Notes: generated by a model not told the origin, from the sequence alone. A stretch of DNA of 64,000 nucleotides from Nitrospinaceae bacterium (GCA_965223665.1 OZ245011.1:3072001-3136000); one strand, 5' to 3'; shown: positions 29,598 through 39,456, counted from the stretch's first letter. Program-made: numbers and translations.

Positions 29598-29613
29598 GGA
29601 ACTAAAGTTTTTT

Positions 29614-30393
29614 CTATGAACCGGGTAAATTTAATCGAAAGGATTCATCCGGAATTCCTTGGTTAATTTTTGGATCAAAATATTTTAATGAAACTTCTTC
29701 ACCCGTTGTATTTTTATTGATATGAATTTTATTAGGAAAAATGTATTCATCCTGGGTTCTATAATCTTGCCATTGAACTGTATAAGCAATTTTTTGATTT
29801 TTCCAATGTTCCATCCGGGTGGGAACCATTTTTAAAGGATCTATTTCAATTATTATTTGGTCTCCAATTTCGTTAGAAGTAGAAAGACTCACAAATGGAG
29901 ACCCCTCAAGTTTTTTTTCGTTTTTTACTTGCATGGACTCAATTCCTGGAATATTACCAGAAAAAATTTGCACATATTTCCGAAAATCAAATTGAGTCCC
30001 CAGCATTTGAAATAAAATATCCCAAACTTCTAATCCTTTATAAACTTTTTGATTGCTCACATCATATAGGAGTGAATTAGAATTGGAAACTAGTAATACA
30101 CCTAAGGGTTGACCAAATATATTTAAAGTATCCAGACGTACCATCGTGTTGTTACGAATCAGCAACGTTTGGCGGAAGGTTTGTTTGCTACTGGAAGATT
30201 GAATTGAGGTTTTTACAAAAGACTTTAAATCCTGAAAGCGTTTTTGTCTTTCTTTTAAATTGTTGAGTAATTCATGGGAAGAATATTGGAGTGAGTTATC
30301 CTGGATTTCAGGAGCAATAGTTTTTGTCTGGCACGCACAAAGTAACAATAAGCATAGACCAAACCACCTTCTTAAGGGTTGAAAATGGTGCAT
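29614..30393 (-). CDS. LolB-like / DUF4292-like outer-membrane lipoprotein
   Basis: Lipobox LLLLCAC, RLDTLNIFGQP motif, lolB position between TPR gene and ispE. Confidence 0.6.
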   Translation of the reverse strand: MHHFQPLRRWFGLCLLLLCACQTKTIAPEIQDNSLQYSSHELLNNLKERQKRFQDLKSFVKTSIQSSSSKQTFRQTLLIRNNTMVRLDTLNIFGQPLGVLLVSNSNSLLYDVSNQKVYKGLEVWDILFQMLGTQFDFRKYVQIFSGNIPGIESMQVKNEKKLEGSPFVSLSTSNEIGDQIIIEIDPLKMVPTRMEHWKNQKIAYTVQWQDYRTQDEYIFPNKIHINKNTTGEEVSLKYFDPKINQGIPDESFRLNLPGS

Positions 30394-30404
30394 GACTGAG
30401 AATA

Positions 30405-32672
30405 TTAATTAGAGTGAAGAAGGTCGGATGCTTTTTTTATTTTACTCCGTAGATCTTTAGGCGTCGGCAACTCCTCTGAAGGGGCTTTGAATTTTTGGAG
30501 AGTTAAAATCAAACTGGTTTTCCAAGCTTTAACGGCCTCAGTGAGATTATCCATTGAGAAATAAACATCTCCCAAATGATCGTATAGAACAGGATCAGGG
30601 TCTATATAAATCAGAGCTTTTTTAATTTGCGTCAAGGCTTTTTCGTGCTGACCTTTTTTATGATAAATCCAACCCAAGCTATCTAAAAAATAAGCGTTCT
30701 TTGGTTGAATGGTCAAAGCTTGCTCTAAATGGTCAACAGCTTCATCTAACGCTTCTCCCCGTTTGGCATAAGTATATCCAATAAAGTTATGAGCATTTGA
30801 ATTACTTGGATTAATGGCCAAAGTTTGTTTCATACTTTTGATGGCTTGAATGTCATTTCCAACACGGGAAAAAAGGGTTCCCTGCTCATAGAAATATGAA
30901 TCTTTTTGATCATTTAATGAAATGGCTTTATTAATATTACGGATGGCTTCTTCATTTTCGTCAAGAGACATGTGCGCTAATGCTAAAGCATGATAAAGAC
31001 GGTCATTCTCAGGCTCCAGAACTAAAGCTTTATTAAGATAATCCACCGAAACTTTCATTTCCCGATTTAAACCATGTAGTCGAGCCAACTGTAAAAGAAC
31101 ATCTACTGAATTTGGGTCTGGGCTATTGGCTCTTGATAATTCGACTTCTTTAATGGCCTTATCCATTCTTCCAAACAATTCGAAAATTTTTGCAATGGCT
31201 AATCGCAGTTCTCTATCTTCCTCATTGGCAAGTGCAAGTCGAAATTCATCTAAAGCCCCTAAGTATACAGCTTGTTCATAAAATATAGCCCCCAGCATTC
31301 TATGAATATTGGGTTCGTCCCAAGGAAAGGTTGCATCCTTGGAATTGATATTTAAGTTAGTACTTCCAGCATCGGCTTGATTTTTAAAATGCATACTTTC
31401 TAAATGGTTTTTAACTGTCTCGTTACTGGGATCCACTTTTAAAATGATTTGATATTGTTTTGCTGCTTCCTCATATTTTTGTTGTAACTCCAAAACCCTT
31501 GCTAAATTCTGTCGAGCTTCTAAAAGCCCAGGACGTAAATTTATCGATTTTTTAAATTTTTCTTCAGCGCTTTCCATTTCTCCTGACCTCGCTAAAGAGG
31601 TGCCTAAATAATGATAACCCAGAGGATTTCCAGGATCGACGATCGTTACTTTTTTGAACTGCTCTTTGGCTTGATCATATTCTTTAAGGGTTTTTAATAC
31701 ATAACCTGTCAATAACAAAGCTCTGGAGTTTGAGGGATCTATGTCGATTATTTTTTTATAATGTTGAAGGGCTTGTTGGTATTTCCCTTGAGTCGATAGT
31801 ATGTCAGCCATGATCATTCGAATTCTTAAATTGTTAGGGAAATGATTTAGGGCTTCAGTCCCCGATTCCAAGGCATCGTCCAACCGACCTGTTCTTAAAT
31901 ATAAGATAACGAGTTTTGTATAGTGTTTTTCTTGAGTAGAATCGTATCTTACGACTCTTGAAAAATGCAACGCGGCACCATCAAAATCTCCTTCACGTTC
32001 CAATTGCATTGCTTTCAAATAATGAAAATAAGCACGAGGATCGCGATATTCCTTATCAGGGTGTTTTTGTTTTAAAGCATGAATTCGTTTTGATACGAAT
32101 GCTTCTCCCATTTGGGAGGTTTCTGGGTCATGTTCAAAGTTTACTTTAGGAGTTGTAGAGCATCCGTAAAATAATATTACCGCTAAAATCCAAGTGCTGA
32201 ATCGAAATTTTGAGGCCAATCGAACCAAAGTTTTTTTCAGCTCGGGATCTTTAATATGTTTTGTGGATTCTTTTGTATTTGAGAAATTCATGGTTTTAAA
32301 CGGATGGGCTATTGGTTTGTTTTTCATTTGTAATTTAGGGTGATTTTCTTTTAAAGATTGTGGTTTTACGCGAAATCTGATTTTTTGAAAATTATATTTA
32401 TCTATGTTTCTATTGAGAGCTTCAAGAATTTTTTTTTCTAAAGATTTTAATGGTGTCAACCATTCTGGTCCTAAGACTTCAACAAAAAGGGCCGTGTCTG
32501 AAAAATGGTCCACTCGTGTTTGGCGAGAGATTTCCTTCCCAACAATTAAATTCCAATTTATAGAGATTAAATCAAATTCCCGTTCTGATAATTTAGGAAT
32601 TTTTTTAAGGCTATTTTGCAATGTGGAATTTATGTTGAACCAATGGGTTTTATTTTTTTTTTGAAATTCCAT
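30405..32672 (-). CDS. DciA(DUF721)-like domain fused to a TPR lipoprotein
   Basis: N-terminal NWNLIVGKEISRQTR...LFVEV...W...L..LEKKILEALN...KIRFRV...IKDPELKKTLVRL; lipobox-like ILFYGC at Cys171; many TPRs including NAHNFIGYTYA and YFLDSLGWIYHKKG. Confidence 0.75.
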   Translation of the reverse strand: MEFQKKNKTHWFNINSTLQNSLKKIPKLSEREFDLISINWNLIVGKEISRQTRVDHFSDTALFVEVLGPEWLTPLKSLEKKILEALNRNIDKYNFQKIRFRVKPQSLKENHPKLQMKNKPIAHPFKTMNFSNTKESTKHIKDPELKKTLVRLASKFRFSTWILAVILFYGCSTTPKVNFEHDPETSQMGEAFVSKRIHALKQKHPDKEYRDPRAYFHYLKAMQLEREGDFDGAALHFSRVVRYDSTQEKHYTKLVILYLRTGRLDDALESGTEALNHFPNNLRIRMIMADILSTQGKYQQALQHYKKIIDIDPSNSRALLLTGYVLKTLKEYDQAKEQFKKVTIVDPGNPLGYHYLGTSLARSGEMESAEEKFKKSINLRPGLLEARQNLARVLELQQKYEEAAKQYQIILKVDPSNETVKNHLESMHFKNQADAGSTNLNINSKDATFPWDEPNIHRMLGAIFYEQAVYLGALDEFRLALANEEDRELRLAIAKIFELFGRMDKAIKEVELSRANSPDPNSVDVLLQLARLHGLNREMKVSVDYLNKALVLEPENDRLYHALALAHMSLDENEEAIRNINKAISLNDQKDSYFYEQGTLFSRVGNDIQAIKSMKQTLAINPSNSNAHNFIGYTYAKRGEALDEAVDHLEQALTIQPKNAYFLDSLGWIYHKKGQHEKALTQIKKALIYIDPDPVLYDHLGDVYFSMDNLTEAVKAWKTSLILTLQKFKAPSEELPTPKDLRSKIKKASDLLHSN

Positions 32673-33061
32673 TTAATTCCTGAGGAAAAACCTCTTTAAA
32701 GGCTTACTCCTATTTTAAAAATTATCTGGCCTATTTAAAAGCCTTATTTTTCTATTTGCTTTTTCTTTCAAAATTTTAACCTTTTTGGCGATAATTATTG
32801 TTGAAATATGTGCAGAAATTAACGGGTTCGAGCTTTGGAGAATATTTTTAGGAATGAATACCATTAATAAACTTACCATTTCTAATAGTAGTCCAGAATC
32901 CTTTCATTTTTTAGGTGCACCAATTTTATTTATAGGGAATTTGTGTATTCATTGATGGGTTAAGTTAATATTTGTAGGGCATACCCTAATAGTGTGTGTA
33001 GCAAATTGAAACAACCCTAAATCACCTTTATCTAAATAATCAATACTGTATATTACGATCC

Positions 33062-34549
33062 ATGCGTTTAAAAACTTTTATAACAATATTGGGATTATTG
33101 AGTCTATTATTTTATTTTTGGATGTCGACTCTCTCTTTTGAATTTAATTGGGGAGAAGGCTATGAAAATCGTCCCATTCCTACTTACCTATTTCTCTATT
33201 TTTCTCTCTTTGTTATTTACGCAATTGCCGTTTGGGGGGTTCGGAAATATCCATTCCAAGGCCGTCATTTTTTTGTATGGATAATATTTGGCCTTTTATT
33301 CCGCATTACAATTTTACCAGCACAGCAAATTCAGGAGGATGATGTTTATCGATATTTATGGGATGGGAAAGTGTTTGCTAATGGTATCAATCCCTTTAAA
33401 TATGCTCCAGATGAGATTAACAGTTTTAAGGAATTTATGATAAAGGAACCGCAAAGATTTCAAAAAACTTATAATGAGAAAAGTATTCGCGAACTTACAC
33501 GTCTCTACCAATTAAAATGGGAAAATGAAACAAGCTTAATTTTTATGGAAAGGATCAATCATCCCCACGTGCCCACAATTTATCCTCCTATGGCGCAGTA
33601 TGTTTTCAGATTGGTGAACCACATTAAGTCAGATAGTATATTGGGAATGCGCTTAGCTTTTCTGTTTTTCGATTTCATTTGCCTATTTTTTATTATTGCC
33701 ATTTTAAATCGGTTGGGTTTGGATAGAAATTTGGCTCTTATATATTATTGGTGTCCACTTGTAATTAAAGAAACATTTAACTCAACCCATTTAGATATAA
33801 TTGGCATTGCCTTTTTATGCATTGCCCTCTATTACTTTGTTTGCAATAAGTTTTACCGAGCTCATAGTTTTTTAGCCTTTAGTGTTTTGGGAAAATTGTA
33901 TTCAATCATTCTTTTGCCACTTTATATAAAACAGATTTGGATAAGTAATAGAGGAACTTTTTCTTTGAAACCTATTGGGATTAGCCTAATTCTATTTTTT
34001 GGAGTCATCGGTTTTTTTTATACGCCTTTTCTGGATATAGGCCCAAAGGCGTTTGAGGGACTAAGAACTTTCAGTACTTATTGGGAAAGTAATGACAGTT
34101 TATTTTCAATTATGGTTTGGTATTTCCGGTCTATGGTGGAAATTGAATCTCGTGGTCCAGTGGGTTTATCGTATGATTTGCCTTCTTTGTTGAGTAAGAT
34201 TACGGTTGTTCTCATTTTAGGGGGCATATTATTTTACTTTTTATTCCGAAAAAGAAAAGAACCCTTATCTCCTATTCAGCCTATAAAAGAACAATTTATT
34301 ATTATGGCACTGGTTTTTTTATTGAGTCCGGTGCAAAACCCTTGGTACTTATGTTGGGTTCTCCCTTTTTTATGTATTTTCCCATACCGTTCATGGATTT
34401 TACTCACCGGGTTAGTTGGCCTTTATTATCTTGATTTTTATTTCGACTACCAGGAAATTCAACATTATACGAAATGGACACCCTGGTTGGAATACCTTCC
34501 TTTTTATTTACTTTTAGGATGGGAATTTTTAAAGAAGCGGACAAGTTAA
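33062..34549 (+). CDS. GT-C fold integral membrane glycosyltransferase (GT87/DUF2029-like)
   Basis: EDDVYRYLWDG, GINPFKYAP, INHP.VPTIYPP.AQ, YYWCPL, HLD, SPVQNPWY; many TM helices. Confidence 0.8.
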   Translation: MRLKTFITILGLLSLLFYFWMSTLSFEFNWGEGYENRPIPTYLFLYFSLFVIYAIAVWGVRKYPFQGRHFFVWIIFGLLFRITILPAQQIQEDDVYRYLWDGKVFANGINPFKYAPDEINSFKEFMIKEPQRFQKTYNEKSIRELTRLYQLKWENETSLIFMERINHPHVPTIYPPMAQYVFRLVNHIKSDSILGMRLAFLFFDFICLFFIIAILNRLGLDRNLALIYYWCPLVIKETFNSTHLDIIGIAFLCIALYYFVCNKFYRAHSFLAFSVLGKLYSIILLPLYIKQIWISNRGTFSLKPIGISLILFFGVIGFFYTPFLDIGPKAFEGLRTFSTYWESNDSLFSIMVWYFRSMVEIESRGPVGLSYDLPSLLSKITVVLILGGILFYFLFRKRKEPLSPIQPIKEQFIIMALVFLLSPVQNPWYLCWVLPFLCIFPYRSWILLTGLVGLYYLDFYFDYQEIQHYTKWTPWLEYLPFYLLLGWEFLKKRTS

Positions 34550-34651
34550 ATCTGAATTTATTAGAAGTAACTTTATATTTCAAACTCTTTTATTTATAGA
34601 GAATTTTTTCAAGAATAGAATGTTGTTTAGAAGAAATAAGTTCTAGATAGT

Positions 34652-35341
34652 TTAAATTAAATCTTCAAATGATTGGATTTTCGGAGAGAGGTTTTCATGG
34701 ATGCCTTTGCGGTCAATTAAAATGGAGTGTAGGCCTGCGTTACGCGCCCCCAGAAAATCTGCCTTTGGTTCATCTCCTATATGACAAGCTTCTTCCTTAG
34801 CTACGCCACTTTGTCGCAAAGCCTCCTTAAAAATTAGACTATCCGGTTTTGCAGAACCAACGACTGTAGACGCCAAAATAAAATCAAAATAGGAGGCCAA
34901 TCCTAAATTTTCTAAAATTAGAGGTAGACGTGAATCCCAATTAGAAATGACTCCCAATATAACTCCATTTTTTTTTAAACGTTTAAGGATTTGTGATTTC
35001 TCAACATCTTCAAAAACTCTCCAACTGTCTTTGCCTGAAAAGGCCTGGTACACTTGTTCAAAATATTTATCGAAATTTTCAAGTCCACCTAAGGGTTGGA
35101 AAACTCGATAAACCAAATCGTGCCAAAATTGTTGTTCTATGTCTGGCCCTTTTTGTCTTCCTAAACTTTCCATTCCCCCCATGGATTTCCATTCTTCAGC
35201 GAATCGCTTATTCAATTCAGAAGCGTCTCCCTTAAAACCAAAGCTTCGGGCATGGAGTGCATAAACCTCTCCCACTGAAGGATGCACATGAAGTAAAGTT
35301 CCCCCAACATCAAAAAAAACTGCCCTAAATTGTTGAACCAT
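34652..35341 (-). CDS. HAD-IA family hydrolase
   Basis: FFDVGGTL, ISNWDSRL, KPDSLIF, HIGDE..AD..GA..AG. Confidence 0.9.
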   Translation of the reverse strand: MVQQFRAVFFDVGGTLLHVHPSVGEVYALHARSFGFKGDASELNKRFAEEWKSMGGMESLGRQKGPDIEQQFWHDLVYRVFQPLGGLENFDKYFEQVYQAFSGKDSWRVFEDVEKSQILKRLKKNGVILGVISNWDSRLPLILENLGLASYFDFILASTVVGSAKPDSLIFKEALRQSGVAKEEACHIGDEPKADFLGARNAGLHSILIDRKGIHENLSPKIQSFEDLI

Positions 35342-35370
35342 AGTTTATAAGATAAATTATTGAAGTGTTG

Positions 35371-35401
35371 AAAGAGAAAAGCACACCGTCCTGGTGTGCT
35401 T
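35371..35401 (-). terminator. Intrinsic terminator-like hairpin
   Basis: AAGCACACC-AGGAC-GGTGTGCTT followed by TTCTCTTT on the minus strand. Confidence 0.65.
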
Positions 35402-35500
35402 AACTTTCGAGCTTTTCACTCTGGGCTAATTATAGCACCAGAGTGAAAGAAGGGTTAGGGTTTCAGAGGAACTACTCAAAAAAAAGAGTTTTGATAAATT

Positions 35501-35794
35501 TTATCGATTCATTTGCGTTAATCGTGAAATCACAAAAAACCCTGCAGTGGAAATAATTACAATTGGTACCATCATGTTCATTAAGCTATGAAATACTGGA
35601 TCTAAATTTGGGGTTCCCATTTGTGCCAGAGGACCAAATTTGACGGCATAAATCAAATAACCGGCTGCGACGATAACTCCAATTTGAAATTGACGCCAAA
35701 TCAAGGAAATTGCTGTTATTGCAAATAAAGTAGCCAAAAATTCCGCTTGGGCAACTACATGAAAACTCTCAAAAATTGCGAAGATTGTTTCCAT
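35501..35794 (-). CDS. Small membrane protein (about 3 TM helices), hypothetical
   Basis: 97-aa hydrophobic ORF with AGGT SD and an upstream sigma-54 site. Confidence 0.7.
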   Translation of the reverse strand: METIFAIFESFHVVAQAEFLATLFAITAISLIWRQFQIGVIVAAGYLIYAVKFGPLAQMGTPNLDPVFHSLMNMMVPIVIISTAGFFVISRLTQMNR

Positions 35795-35848
35795 AAATCT
35801 ACCTATAAAAATTCAGGGTTAATAAAATCTTTTAAACAACAATTCTTG

Positions 35849-35865
35849 AGCAATCTTTGTGCCAA
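35849..35865 (-). promoter_or_regulatory. Sigma-54 (-24/-12) promoter
   Basis: TTGGCAC-AAAGA-TTGCT on the minus strand, an exact TGGCAC-N5-TTGC consensus about 55 nt upstream of the ATG at 35794. Confidence 0.8.
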
Positions 35866-36044
35866 AAGTACACACTAATTTGGAAGATAAAAAAAATTGA
35901 AAAACGGAGAAATAAGTTTAAGGACAATTTAGGGAAGGTGAAAAAATAAAAAAATAGATAACTATTTTATAAACAAAAAAATAGTCTGTATCTTTTTAGT
36001 AACAGGTTTAGATGGAGAAATGAATTAATAAAAAGGAAGGTTTT

Positions 36045-36821
36045 TTAAAAGGATACTTTTAAATTGTAAATTTCCTTTTGAGATTCAAACAATTTGAGGG
36101 CTTGTTTATAGTCATCTTCAGTATCTATTTCCACACAATCATTACTACCAATATCATAGGTAGTTAGTTTTGTGTGCTTGGCCAAATTAGAAAAGGGAAT
36201 TTCCCATAATGTATGGATATATTCACTCTCATTTTTATCATACATTTCAATCAGAAGTTTTACAGCCACCTCACTCAATAAGAAAAAGCCTATGGCTTCC
36301 CCAGCAACTTTATATCGATTTTTTTCTTCTTCAGTAAGGTCGCGTTTAGTAATTAAACTGGATATTTTATTAGAACCATTCAAAAGCACTTTTGTTGCTT
36401 CGGTATCCTGAATTTCAACTGGAACCACTGCAAAGGAAGAGGGTTGACTTTTTTCGAAAAATTCTTTTAAAGCCTCGTGTGGATAGAAAACATCCCCATC
36501 CAAAATCAAGAAGTCACCTTTACGGCCCCGGAGACCCATTACCAAAGATAGGGTGTTTCCTGTGGTCCTGTATAGCTCGTTATCGACAAACTCAACAGGA
36601 ATTCGCAGATTTAATCCATAGACATAGTCTTTAACCGCTTTCCTATTATATCCTACGACTAAGATGACTTTTTCAATATTTAATTTTTGAAGAGATATCA
36701 AGTGGCGGGAAAGAAGTGTTTCTTTACCAATCGGTAACATACTTTTGTGGGGAATGTCATTCCGGTTCAACCTTGAACCATAACCGGCCAAAAGAATCAC
36801 GGCTTGCATATTTTTGTTCAA
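36045..36821 (-). CDS. Phosphocholine cytidylyltransferase-like (LicC family) NTP transferase
   Basis: AVILLAGYGSRL, PHKSML, VVGY, Y.TTGN..SL, ILDGDVF, EIDTEDD. Confidence 0.8.
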   Translation of the reverse strand: MNKNMQAVILLAGYGSRLNRNDIPHKSMLPIGKETLLSRHLISLQKLNIEKVILVVGYNRKAVKDYVYGLNLRIPVEFVDNELYRTTGNTLSLVMGLRGRKGDFLILDGDVFYPHEALKEFFEKSQPSSFAVVPVEIQDTEATKVLLNGSNKISSLITKRDLTEEEKNRYKVAGEAIGFFLLSEVAVKLLIEMYDKNESEYIHTLWEIPFSNLAKHTKLTTYDIGSNDCVEIDTEDDYKQALKLFESQKEIYNLKVSF

Positions 36822-36881
36822 CTCTCTTTAATTTCTAAAAGGATAATATAGCTTAAGCAGTTATTTATCCCTCTCCCCAGA

Positions 36882-38165
36882 CTAATTATCTCCTAAAAAC
36901 TCTAAGATATCAACCTCAGATGTTTTTTCACCTACAAGGGGAAGATTCGGCTCTTGGATAGGGTTAAGCCTTTTGGAAAACAATCTACTCACCCAACCCG
37001 TTTTTCCTTCTTTATACTCAATCTGAAACCAATTATCTTTTTCCTCTAAAAGAGGGCGCATTTCCCCATTTTTGAGTTTTCCAATGATTTTTCCTTTTGT
37101 TGTTGGGGCAGCGCGAACGTTTAGTTGAGATTTTTGATTTACTTCAATCAAAACATGCGGAATATTAACTTCCCCTTTTTCAATAGAATTCGTTCCATTG
37201 GGAATTAAGGAATTTACTTTTTCATCAGACTTCCTTATTTCTACAGAAGACGAATTTGCTTTTGGTGAGATTTTTTTCAAATTCGGATTAGGAATAGATT
37301 CCATTTCTTTATTTAGTACAGGTGGCGGCGGCTCAAAACTCGAGGGAGTTTCAGCAGAATTTTTGGTTACGTCTTGAGCAGTAATTTCTTCAACAAAGTC
37401 TTCTTCTGTTATCAGTGAGCGGGTTTCATCATCAGTCTCTGGCTCAAAACTACCAAAACTTGCAGCTTCAGGTTGGAAAGGTTTATCTTCTAACAGGTCT
37501 TGATCCAATGGATTCGCCCTTATTGGATTAGGTGAAGGCTTTTGATTTTGTTGCTCTAATTCCTGCAATCGTCTTTTAGCAGAAGCAGAATTAAAGCCGT
37601 TTGGATATTTTTCCAGAAATTTTTGATATCCTTCAACAGAATCTACACGTTGCACTTGGTGGTAAATCTTATCTTCCACCTTTTCTATTTTAAATTGAAT
37701 ATCTTCTTGTTCTAAGGGAGATGATATTGATTTTAAACGATTTAGCTCACTTATTACCCGGTCATACTCCCCGTTTTCGTTTAAAAGAGTAGAATGAAAT
37801 TTTAAGGCTTTTTTATAATTGTATTGAATTTTTTCGCTTATGGGTTCCAATTCATAAGCAATTGCGAATTCCTTAATAGCTTGTGAAATTTTATCCTGAA
37901 GATAATAAACTTCTCCTAAATTGTTATGGGCTTCATATGAATTATTCCGTCTCTCTAAAAACCGTTTCCACAAAGCTTCTGCTTTAGGTAATTGGCCTGC
38001 TCTTTGAGCACTTAAAGCCCTTTCAAATAGACCCTGGTCGGCAGTAGGAATCGCAGAAGGAGGGCTATCGAAATACTTTTCTTTTTTAGGGGTTGCACAC
38101 CCCATTAAGACCGAAATTAATACGGCCGTCCATATTAGGTAATAGTTTCTTATCATTGATGTCAT
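36882..38165 (-). CDS. Lipoprotein with TPR region and C-terminal SH3b domain
   Basis: Lipobox VLMGC, TPR (AHNNLGEVY), LNVRAAP...IIGKL..G...WFQI...GKTGWVS. Confidence 0.8.
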   Translation of the reverse strand: MTSMIRNYYLIWTAVLISVLMGCATPKKEKYFDSPPSAIPTADQGLFERALSAQRAGQLPKAEALWKRFLERRNNSYEAHNNLGEVYYLQDKISQAIKEFAIAYELEPISEKIQYNYKKALKFHSTLLNENGEYDRVISELNRLKSISSPLEQEDIQFKIEKVEDKIYHQVQRVDSVEGYQKFLEKYPNGFNSASAKRRLQELEQQNQKPSPNPIRANPLDQDLLEDKPFQPEAASFGSFEPETDDETRSLITEEDFVEEITAQDVTKNSAETPSSFEPPPPVLNKEMESIPNPNLKKISPKANSSSVEIRKSDEKVNSLIPNGTNSIEKGEVNIPHVLIEVNQKSQLNVRAAPTTKGKIIGKLKNGEMRPLLEEKDNWFQIEYKEGKTGWVSRLFSKRLNPIQEPNLPLVGEKTSEVDILEFLGDN

Positions 38166-38205
38166 ACTATCAGGATAACCAATAAATTTACTAGGTCAAT
38201 ATGCC

Positions 38206-38233
38206 TTGACTTAGTTTTTTTTTAAAGTAAGCT
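38206..38233 (+). promoter_or_regulatory. Putative sigma-70 promoter of the thi operon
   Basis: TTGACT-16nt-TAAGCT immediately upstream of the TPP aptamer. Confidence 0.5.
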
Positions 38234-38247
38234 TTACAGGTGAAATT

Positions 38248-38326
38248 GACTAGGGGTGTTGTAAAACTGAGAGTCCTTCGGACAACCCTTGGAACCTGAT
38301 CTGGCTAATACCAGCGAAGGGAAGTT
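38248..38326 (+). ncRNA. TPP (THI-box) riboswitch aptamer
   Basis: ACTAGGGGTG...CTGAGA...ACCCTTGGAACCTGATCTGGCTAATACCAGCGAAGGGAAGT upstream of thiS. Confidence 0.95.
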
Positions 38327-38355
38327 CCTTTATTTTATTCTTGTAATGAAAAAAA

Positions 38356-38391
38356 GCCGCTTTCCTTTTTTGGAAAAGTGGCATTTTTTTT
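38356..38391 (+). terminator. Riboswitch expression-platform terminator
   Basis: GCCGCTTTCC...GGAAAAGTGGC hairpin followed by a T8 tract, between aptamer and thiS. Confidence 0.75.
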
Positions 38392-38405
38392 AATTAAGGT
38401 ATTTC

Positions 38406-38606
38406 TTGAAACTCGTTGTAAATGGACAGGAAAAAGATACTTTCTCCAGCCAAAATTTGGATGATTTGCTGAAAGAACTTGAAATATCGGGAACTCATAT
38501 AGCTATTGCCTTAAATTCTCAAGTAATTTCTAGATCTGATTATAAGTCTACTCCTTTGCAGGAAGGCGATAAGGTTGAAATTGTCCATGCGGTGGGGGGA
38601 GGTTAA
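38406..38606 (+). CDS. thiS: Sulfur carrier protein ThiS
   Basis: 66 aa, VNG start, GDKVEIVHAVGGG C-terminal diglycine. Confidence 0.95.
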   Translation: MKLVVNGQEKDTFSSQNLDDLLKELEISGTHIAIALNSQVISRSDYKSTPLQEGDKVEIVHAVGGG

Positions 38607-38661
38607 GTTATAAGGTTACAATTTTTTTCAATCATTACTCCATTGGGGTTTATTTGTTGAT

Positions 38662-39452
38662 ATGGATACAGTTACAGAAACAAAGGCCAAACCACTAATA
38701 ATTGCTGATAAAGAATTTAAATCCAGGCTGATTGTGGGAACGGGCAAATACGAGTCTTTTGATCAAAATCGACAAGCACTGGAAATTTCCGGGGCTGAAA
38801 TGATCACCGTTGCTGTTCGTCGCATAGAATTAGATAAATCTAAGGAATCGATACTTAATTTTATTGATCCGGAAAAGTACACACTGCTTCCCAATACCGC
38901 GGGATGTTACAACGTTAAAGAAACCGTAATGACTGCTCAGTTGGCTCGTGAAGCCGGTTTGGGAAATTTTGTAAAAGTTGAAGTTATTGGGGATCAAAAA
39001 ACGCTCTTTCCGGACAATGAAGCAACATTGGAAGCTTCAAAAATTTTAGTTAAAGATGGTTTCCATGTTCTCCCATATTGCTCAGATGATGTTGTTCTTT
39101 GTAAAAAATTGGAAGACATAGGTTGTTCGGCCGTTATGCCACTGGCAGCACCTATTGGATCTGGATTAGGAGTTCGTAACCCATTTAATATTAAGCTTAT
39201 TTTAGAAGCGGTTCAGGTACCTGTCATTATTGATGCAGGTGTTGGGACAGCCTCTGATGCAGGGCGGGCTATGGAACTCGGGGTGGACGGACTACTAATG
39301 AACACAGCCATTGCCTGTGCAAAAGATCCTTTAAAGATGGCACAAGCTATGAAGTTGGGCGTGGAAAGTGGAAGACTGGCTTATGAAGCGGGGCGGATTC
39401 CAAAGAAACTTTATGCTTCTGCCAGTAGTCCCATAGATGGAATGATTGATGT

Positions 39453-39456
<4 letters not shown>
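38662..39456 (+). CDS. thiG: Thiazole synthase
   Basis: [47 protein letters not shown]. Confidence 0.97.

Noticed and set aside
32673-33061. 389-bp intergenic region with small hairpins (e.g. TAGGG-CATA-CCCTA), considered as a c-di-GMP riboswitch
   Set aside because: GEMM consensus (GCAAACC, GAAA tetraloop/receptor) is not present.
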